Part shown: positions 55,984 to 64,000 of the stretch, one piece after another
Position numbering within the stretch: the stretch's first letter is position 1
How the letters are laid out: each line of letters opens with the position of its first letter
Source of the DNA: Macrostomum lignano
Taxonomy: Eukaryota
Length of the DNA: 64,000 bases
Assembly (NCBI GenBank): GCA_002269645.1
Contig: NIVC01002211.1
Span: forward strand, 124,001 to 188,000
Direction: 5' to 3'
Program-made: the position numbers and the translations under genes
Notes under the pieces: generated by a model
What the model was told of the DNA's origin: nothing
The model's database searches: none
The model's input: only the letters and a program-made list of their open reading frames with translations

Positions 55984-58602
55984 TCAACAATCGGCCGAAG
56001 AACCCGTCACCGACTGGCTAACCGCGCGGTCAGCCGGCGCCAGAAGCGCGGCCGTCTCGGACGCCGCCGCCTCCAGGCCGATCAGGGCGCGCCTGGCCGC
56101 TTCGGCTTGACTCCGCAAGCAGGCGGCCACGGCGGCCCGCAGCTCGACATCGCGACGACGATCGGCTCTGGCGAGCTCCCGTCTGGCCGCCTGCGACACC
56201 GCCTCGAAGTCGAGCTGTCGGCGTTCGACTTCATCTTCAAAAGCCTCGATGTCGGCCGGGCTGGGGCCGGAAGCGGCGGCGCGACCGGCCAGCTCGGCGC
56301 GAATTCGGGCCTCCCGGCGCTTGTTTAGCGCCGTTTCGGCGTCGGAGAGAGCGCGGCGAGCGCGCGCCCGCTCAGTCAGGCAGTCGCGCTGGCTGGCGAG
56401 GCCGTCGTTATGGTCGGCGAGAAGGTCGCAGAGTTCGAGCTCTTCAACTTCAGCTTGGGACGCCTTCGTTGCGATGGAAGGGGACGGGGATAGAGGCGAA
56501 TGTATTAAATGCCCAGCAACTGAGGATCTGGGAGGTGGGCCCAGCAGCTGAGGATCTGGGAGGCTGGCCTAGCAGCTGAGGATTTGGGAGGCTGGCCTAG
56601 CAACTGAGGATCTGGGAGGTGGGCCCAGCAGCTGAGGATCTGGGAGGTGGGCCCAGCAGCTGAGGATTTGGGAGGCTGGCCCAGCAACTGAGGATCTGGG
56701 AGGTGGGCCCAGCAGCTGAGGATCTGGGAGGCTGGCCTAGCAGCTGAGGATTTGGGAGGCTGGCCTAGCAACTGAGGATCTGGAAGGTGGGCCCAGCAGC
56801 TGAGGATCTGGGAGGTGGGCCCAGCAGCTGAGGATCTGGGAGGCTGGCCTAGCAGCTGAGGATTTGGGAGGCTGGCCTAGCAACTGAGGATCTGGGAGGC
56901 TAGCCTAGCAACTGAGGATCTGGGAAGCTGGCCTAGCTGAGGCCAGCTGAGCTGATCCTGAGCTGAGCTGAGGATCTGGGAGGATTAAGGCCAAAAGAGA
57001 TGAAGGAGTACTCATCCTTGCCGCACCTGCAGCTGGCACAAGCTGATAATGGACTGCGCCATGCGGCCCAGTGCGAGTCCTAATTCAGCATTCCGCTGCG
57101 TGCCGGCCAAGCGTCCGAGATTCTCGGCCAGCCGGCCAGTCTGGCTGGCGTAAGTGCGCCTCTGCCCGGCCACGGATTCCAGACAGGCGCGCAGGCGGCC
57201 GAGGCGTCCGGCCGCTTCGTCCAGCTCGTCGTAGCGGTCGGCGAACCACTTGGGAATTCGGATGAGACGGCGAGAGAGCGGGTAGAATTAATTATAAGAG
57301 AAATGCTCGAAAATTTTAAGTCGCCTTATCCTGGCTACTTAAAAGTAAAAAGTTACGCAAATTAACAGAATTTTTGTACATGTATTTATAAAACTCTCAT
57401 CTGTCAAGACATGAGAAAATGGGAAACATATGGCTTTTTTGAGGACCTGGGCCTGTGAGGATCTGCCAAGTAACTGGCTCGTAAGGTTGGAGGTGTGTTG
57501 TCTTCCGTGCAATCGGGCAATCCCGTGCTGCCGTCCCCTGCCCCCTCCTGTGCAGAGCACTCCTTAGGCTCAACCGCAGTGGTCTTAGAGCAGTCAGCAT
57601 GGCCCTCTTCAGGACCCGGTACCTCTATCTGCCACTGCCCTGTCTTCAACAGGGCTAGGCTCACTCACCTCGAGCCAAACCTGGTTCTCCCCCCGACGTT
57701 TGAACGCAAAGAGAGCATAACTCAGGTACCTCAGGGGCACGAAGACAAGCTGAGTTCTTCCCCTACCGCCGGTGAGGAGGACCGAGGCCGACGGGTTCCC
57801 CTGAGGGCTAGCGGAATGGGCGGTCCCCTCCGCTTCCTCGCTGCATCCGCTGGTCGGTGCCCCCTGCAGCTACGAGTAAGTCAGGCCTTCAGCCAGGCTT
57901 GGAGCTGCAGTTCCCCACTTACCTCATCGGGCTCCTCGTCGGCAGCCAGAGCTCCTTGAAGCCCCAGCGCAGCCACCGAGTCGCCGATGGAGGCAGCCAG
58001 AGCTCGAACGGCCCGACGCCGCCGCTGCCGCTCGAAGCCACAGCGGGTTGCCCGTCCCATCCTTCGAGAAAGTCGAGCAACTCCCGGCTGTTCCTCAGGT
58101 CGGGATGGTCGGCGCAGCGCGCCAAAAAGCGCGCCAGGCGGGCTCGGCGCCGATCGGCGAAGCTGACTGACTGCTGGACGGAGGAGTTCGAAGCTTCGCC
58201 CGAGTCGCCGCCACCGCCGCCGAAGATTCGAGCCCGGGCGGCCTCAGCCAGCGGCCGGTCGGGCGGGCGAGCCGGCAGGACGACGCCGAACTTGGCGAAT
58301 CCGTCGTGCAGGCGGCTCCACAGGCTGACGAAGTCGGCGAAACGGCGCCTGATGGAGCCCTCGGAGCTGGCGAACTGCGGCAGGTTGGTCCGGTAGCTGA
58401 CAGTGTACACAGCTTGGGTCGTGTGGCCTCCAGTAGGGACGTCTCCAGGACCAACATGCACAGCGAGAAATTGCTGCTCACCAGTCTCAGAAGTCGCTGG
58501 TGGCGAATTGTTTTGCTGCTTCTCCAGTAGAAGTGTTGGCGGGAGATTCTTTTCTTCATTGGAGACACTTTGGTCAATTGGGCTTGACTCATCTCCGGAC
58601 AT
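55984..58602 (-). CDS. Sorting nexin, PX-BAR type (SNX1/SNX2-like), 3 exons, ~460 aa, with a 1-nt frameshift near 58010
   Basis: Exons 58602-57923, 57248-57027, 56463-55984. PX domain: VYTVSYRT..IRRRFADFVSLWSRL..LPARP..RRRARLARFL..HPDLRNSRELLDFL. The shifted frame gives SIGDSVAAL...DEEPDE|WFADRYDEL, followed by BAR helices. Confidence 0.82.
56510..56985. repeat. 28-bp minisatellite, copy 2, in sorting nexin intron 2
   Basis: Tandem array. Confidence 0.92.
57430..57890 (+). mobile_element. Degenerate LINE 3' fragment related to 44985-45524, in sorting nexin intron 1
   Basis: ICHCPVFNRARLTHLEP aligns with VCHCPFFTRDRLCYLGP. Shared 3' nucleotide motifs: GGGCT(G/A)GCGGAATG and CCCTGCAGCT. Confidence 0.5.
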
Positions 58603-60617
58603 GTTTCAAGTTTTATAAGATCTGGAATTATAATGGGCTCCTAATGTAAATCTTGATAAGATCTTCGCCATTTAAAATGATTATAATACTAACAGGCTGG
58701 TTAATAATGAGTATTGCGCTATGGGATAAACTATAGGATTCGATCTCAGTGGACAACACCAGTTAAGAAAGAGTTTATATGACAGAATAGGTTAAAGAAT
58801 TGTTGTAGGCTTGAATCTCAATTTTTGACACTTTAGAAAGTAAAAGAGAGATAGATTTTTTTTAATAAAATGCATGATTTAGGTTCTAAAAAATAAGAAA
58901 TATAAGATAGACAGAAAGATGAGAGAAATACACTTGGAAATAGCATACATTTGGAAAATTTGAACAACAAAAACACTAGGAATGTTTTCTTGAACATTGA
59001 ATACAAGAAATAATATTATAAAATTCAGTTTTATTTTAAAACATAATATCAAAAAAGTGTTTTCTAGCCTTTAATGGAACGAAAACGGTTAATATTTTTC
59101 AGTTCAAAGTCTTGAGCTATTTTTTTCACTTCAACAGGAGCTTTTGTTACGAAATTAAATTTCGTCGATACGGTAGCTACGAAAATAATGGCCTAGCTTA
59201 CATTTTAAAGTTACAGCTGTTGCTTTAAAAATTGTAACAGTCAAGGTGCAGTATTTGAGTCTGATGTACGAGTAAAATCAATCAGGACCAGTGTACAATA
59301 AGCATTTCTTTTTTGCCAGCTAACTGCTATGCAGTGACACAGAAGCCACGAACGAAGCGACCTGCGATCTTCTAGCTAGCATGTTTTTATATTTAAAGCA
59401 GCTCCATTTGCAAAAGTTAAACTGCGGGAGGAACGCAACTTTTTAATTAAAACAAATCGATAGGAGCTTTATGTAGATGAATTTGTGACTTTTGTTAAAT
59501 AATTCTTCTCAGTCTTGCTGTGTGAATTTTATTGAAAAAATATGTTTTGGAAAATTTTAGTCTAGGACATGGGATGGCTAAATCGTTAAAAGTACATACG
59601 ACTACGAGCGTATCTATAGGCCTAGCCAGTTTTTTTGTAACGATTAATAACGAACCAACATTTAATTGCAAGGTGTCGAAAGGGAACAGCTGCATAAGCG
59701 TAACAATGCACACTTAAAATGCGATTCGATTTTGGGGAAGTAACTGGGTACTGTCGCCATACGCGGACGAGGATTACCAACGTACTACAACGCCAGCTAC
59801 AGGCCGCATTCATTCAATAATTCGTTTTAATAAAAAAGTATTTATGCAGCTTAGCATTGCCCTACTACCACGTTGTTATCAATATTATTTCATGCATATA
59901 ATGAATACATATATTGATAGCGAGGTGAAATCTCCTCCCCCAAATGGAAATTACTGTTATCGCGATAAACATCATCGCGATTTTTATAAATTGCATACAG
60001 CTACGCAACATACATATCGCTATTTCTCCAATTATTTAAAATAAGCAGATTTATGGATCTGATGAATATTGCCAAATACAAAACTGCGTTGATAAAACCA
60101 CCTATTGTTGCCGGAGACTCAAAGGAAGTTTTCTGAACAAGTATTTTCTCTGATCTAGAAGTTATAGTGACAAAATTTCTATACCATATCTCGAATCTTT
60201 TTATTTAGAAATAAGCTATAAATATGGTTACATATGGCGTCATTAACTGCAAAAGTTATTAGTGCACAAAATTAGTACAGTTAAACATGCATATGCAAGC
60301 AGCCACAGAATATTTTAGCATTATTCTCACTTATGTACGTCTTAGGCAAAATATTGGTGTTCTATTGTATTTGTTATATTATGTATTTACATGAATTCAA
60401 AACTAAAATTGTGTACTTATAGTAAAAAGCAAAATAAAGAAACAACATATAAACTTTTGCATAAATTTTTTTCGAAAAAAACTTATTACTGTACAAAAAT
60501 TGTGGCCTGAAATTTTCTAATTTTTAAGCATTCAACTTCTGGCAATAATCAGTTGAGAAAAGTCAGTGTTTTTCAAACGCGATTCAAGCAAAAGTCTTTA
60601 CCAAGTTAGAATGTTTA

Positions 60618-60995
60618 CTAATCGAAATCAAAACCGGACACATAAACCTCCGCGTTACAGTAAATCTTACGAAATCCCAGCATCGCGTCCTCGGTCGATT
60701 TCACTAGCAAGTAACTCTTGGAATCAGTAGCCGATAATTTTGCGTACACTTCCGGAACTTGAAAATCGAGCGTGCACTTAACATTTTTGACTGGTGAAGG
60801 CTGCAGGCAACCTCTGGGACTGCTTGGTAGCTTCCTCGGGATTCGATCTGTAACAAGAAGCGTCTGAGCGTAGGGCTCAACGTCGGGCTTCGAACGCAGG
60901 CAAGCTGCCTTGAGCACTGGCGGCGGTGCAGTAATAGTTGGATAGAATAGCCACAAAAGCAGAAGTATGAAGTTTATATGCAAGTAGGCGCACAT
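60618..60995 (-). CDS. Possible small secreted protein (125 aa, signal-peptide-like N-terminus, several Cys)
   Basis: Non-repetitive ORF MCAYLHINFILLLLWLFYPTITA-PPP..., a GC-richer island in AT-rich DNA. No recognisable family. Confidence 0.4.
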   Translation of the reverse strand: MCAYLHINFILLLLWLFYPTITAPPPVLKAACLRSKPDVEPYAQTLLVTDRIPRKLPSSPRGCLQPSPVKNVKCTLDFQVPEVYAKLSATDSKSYLLVKSTEDAMLGFRKIYCNAEVYVSGFDFD

Positions 60996-63900
60996 CCTTG
61001 TATTCCTTAGCTTTTATTTTTTAAGATTGCGTCTGCCAGAAGTTCTCAGCTTGGTTTTAGATCTTTTCGTCCTAATCGCATGGTTAAAATAACAACTAAA
61101 AAATAGACTATAATTAAGAACACGGAGCAAAAATGACCGCAGAAATGTGTCTCTACCGCAATTAACGTTAGCATAATATAAACCCGCACCATTCGGTACA
61201 CTTCATTTTATCTAATGGCGTTAGAAATCTTCTCAAGCGTACACAGGATAGAGCCGGACGCAACAGACCAATGCTTGATTAAAAAAACTTAAAACATGAT
61301 AAGCACAAACTACATAGTACGAGCACGAGTACAATACTTACCTTGACCTGCGTTCCGTTTGCAGAATGAACAGACAGATTCCATGCAGATGTACAAAAGT
61401 GCAATAAAAGAATAATAAACAACTAAGCATAAATTTGCATTTCTTCGACAACGCCTAGATTGGGCACAGCAAACTGCTATAAACCCATGCAGGCTGTCAA
61501 AAGTTTTTATCCTTGATCTTTTATGCGAGCGTGCAAACCTAAGGAGTAGCTATAGGGTAAAATGAATACCTGTTTACAGCATAGGACAGCAAAAATCTGT
61601 ACAGTTCTAAATCGCTTATTAGAAAAGGCAGTTCTTCCTATAATATCCAGGAAATTATTGGGTCAAACCAAGGTATCGAACTCTTTGCAAAAAATTTCAG
61701 TTAAATATGTACGAGTACCTGTGTACACGTATAATTAAGTCATTCAGTTACTTTTAATGCAAGAAATTCCCATAGAGGGGGTGCTGGGCAGATGAGACCT
61801 TTTTCAGCTACAAACGCCGAGTTATTTATGTGTTATTATAGTTAGTTGTGAGTTACTTGGGCATGATTGAGCGTAAAGGCGTAAAGCTGATTGCACATCG
61901 GATAGATGAGAAGCAACCAAATCAGGGTGTAAGATGGTTCTGTTTTTATGTACCGGTACGAGTGCTACTCGTTAATTGACGCTTTTCTTACCTTCTGTCT
62001 GGAATTCCTAACGACGAGTACGAATGAAGCTGGACTTCATTTTGCTCCGATATTTTTTCAGTTCGTCATTGTCGCAAAGCGAGCTGTGACATTGCTTTTC
62101 ACTGACCCTGAGCACGCACATGCACCTGGTATGTACGATCTGCGGACCCTCCTACTAATATTTCTGAGATTGGCCGTCAAGCACAAAAGAGATACCTATA
62201 AATATTTGAAGTATAGGTGTCTTGCCTGTGGTTGTCTAGAAGTCTTCAATAGAATCGCTGCCACCAATGAAGTACAGGCTTCTTCGATGTCGACTAGAGA
62301 TGGCATGGTAGGTCTCCTAGCGCTGGGCGGTGACCTCTAGCTGGCGGTTTCTTAGAAACTAGTTCTCGTAGCGTAGGTAGTGCTGCCATCAGCTTCGCAG
62401 AGTCGCAGCCTTCGGTGAGGTGCGATAACTAAGACGAGAGAGAAAGTCAAGCACTTCGTGCAGATTTAGCAGTCTTCGAGTAGAAGCGTCCGCAGTCAGC
62501 AGTCCCTGCCGGGCAAGTGCGGGGTTAGAGCGATGGTGCTAGCTTCGGGCGATCTAAGCTGCCCTGCTACTAATAGATAGCAGGAACAATTTGAAGCAGG
62601 CACACGCAAAGTCGGGAGTCTGGAGAGTCAAACTTAGGCTCAAACTTGGCACACAAACTTAGAGACTTGAACTGAGAGAATCTCGGAGGAAGGGCTGAGG
62701 AACGATGAGAGGGGCTGCATTTATAGGGAGAATCGATTGCACCACTTTAGGAAAGACCCCCGCTGAGAGTCACCTCTGACTCTGATGCTAATTTTAGCAA
62801 CAAGCGAGCGGGTTCTGCCTCAGAGGAGGCAAGGGGGTCCGGGCGCACGTGATCTCCCCATAAACGCGAGCCCATGCGTACAATGATGAAATCATTGCAC
62901 TTTGGACTAAAGAAGGAAGAATGCCCTGTCATGTGACTGGTTCACATGACAAGGGGGGAAAGGCCCACAAGTGAAAGCACTCGTGACTTTGGAACCGGAA
63001 AACAGGACAGCACTCCAAATTTGGAGATGCCAAACAGAGAACGAAACAGAGGCAGGCCAGACCAAGCTGTCTGGGCACTGCAAAACGGGAGCACAAGACA
63101 AAAGGGGGCAAACGAGGACAAACAGACAGACAGGCAAACGGGCAATGGACAGGCCAGAGGACAGGCGGGAAGGGACAGGCAACTGCCCAGCGGCAGACAG
63201 AAGCCTGGGGCGAGGGCGAGGGAACCAGCTGACTAGTACGGCGCCTAACTAAATAGCGACTCACTACACATTTTGTGCACGTAAACCCAAACCGCCAAGT
63301 TAGCGTGGTTGCGTCTTCGTTTCAAAGCCAAGCCAATTAGCCAAGACAAAAGCCACGAAAACAAGCATTATGAGCTAAAACAGATATAAAATCATTCTAC
63401 TTATTACATAAGTGAACTTTTGCAAACTGTTTGCAGCTTGTTTAATTTGATATTTAGCGGCTGATTTTGCTTCAGATACTGAAGTCTTAGAGTAAATTAT
63501 AGAAATTCACAATAATAGAATACATTTGTACGGATAATCATCAAATATAATCCTAATTATAGGAAGACCTCTCAATAGGAAGACCTTAGCAACGGTTTGC
63601 TTTGAGTAAAAACAGCATTACGGAGTGGCTGCGCAAAGTGCTCCAATGCGAAGCAAGAACAATGCAATGTTAAGAGCGGTGTTATTGCGTGTGTTGTCAT
63701 CAGGGATACTTATATCGTCCGAGAGGAAACGACACCGGGGCACTGAGTAGGTTGCAGTGGCGAGGTCAACATTGGAGTTTTGTGTTTTTAACCTAATTAA
63801 TATAATTAAGAGCCCTTACGCATCTGAATGCAATCAGCCCCAATCTATAAAAGACAGCATCGGCCACAAATCGTCAACAAACAATTAAGCTGATCGTGAG

Positions 63901-64000
63901 CTGCGGGAATAAATTTCCACGGTGGCAGCAGCAGTCGTTTTTGTCTGCACCGCTGCTACCAACCAGTACGCTGGAATCAACGGCTACCTGTGCGTCCAGA

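Noticed and set aside
61948-62340. 130-aa plus-strand ORF
   Set aside because: No domain signature or splice support; not distinguishable from a random ORF.

Overview
Eukaryotic (animal) genomic DNA with GC-rich exons, GT-AG introns and a different minisatellite array in most introns. The style suggests a flatworm such as Macrostomum, but this is inference only. Hand splicing gives five multi-exon genes. (1) Minus: 4-coumarate-CoA-ligase/luciferase-like acyl-CoA synthetase, 6 exons, 8723..4070. (2) Minus: an 11-exon, ~2144-aa protein fusing a eukaryotic RNAi-type RNA-dependent RNA polymerase (DLDGD intact) to a degenerate UPF1-like SF1B helicase and a 16-unit RGG/Trp repeat tail, 24639..10229. 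(3) Minus, directly upstream on the same strand: a B-box/coiled-coil/NHL-like (TRIM-NHL-like, no RING) gene, 33577..30372. (4) Plus: a divergent class A GPCR with one frameshift, ~40415..51054. (5) Minus: an SNX1/2-like PX-BAR sorting nexin with one frameshift, 58602..55984. There is also a possible small secreted Cys-containing ORF, three tRNA-headed SINEs, two LINE 3' fragments, a MITE-like inverted repeat and ~30 tandem arrays. Most long ORFs in the supplied track are repeat-derived artefacts. The best candidate for a new system is the TRIM-NHL-like + RdRP-helicase-RGG/W locus, a possible self-contained small-RNA amplification module. All exon boundaries were read by eye and need RNA-seq confirmation.
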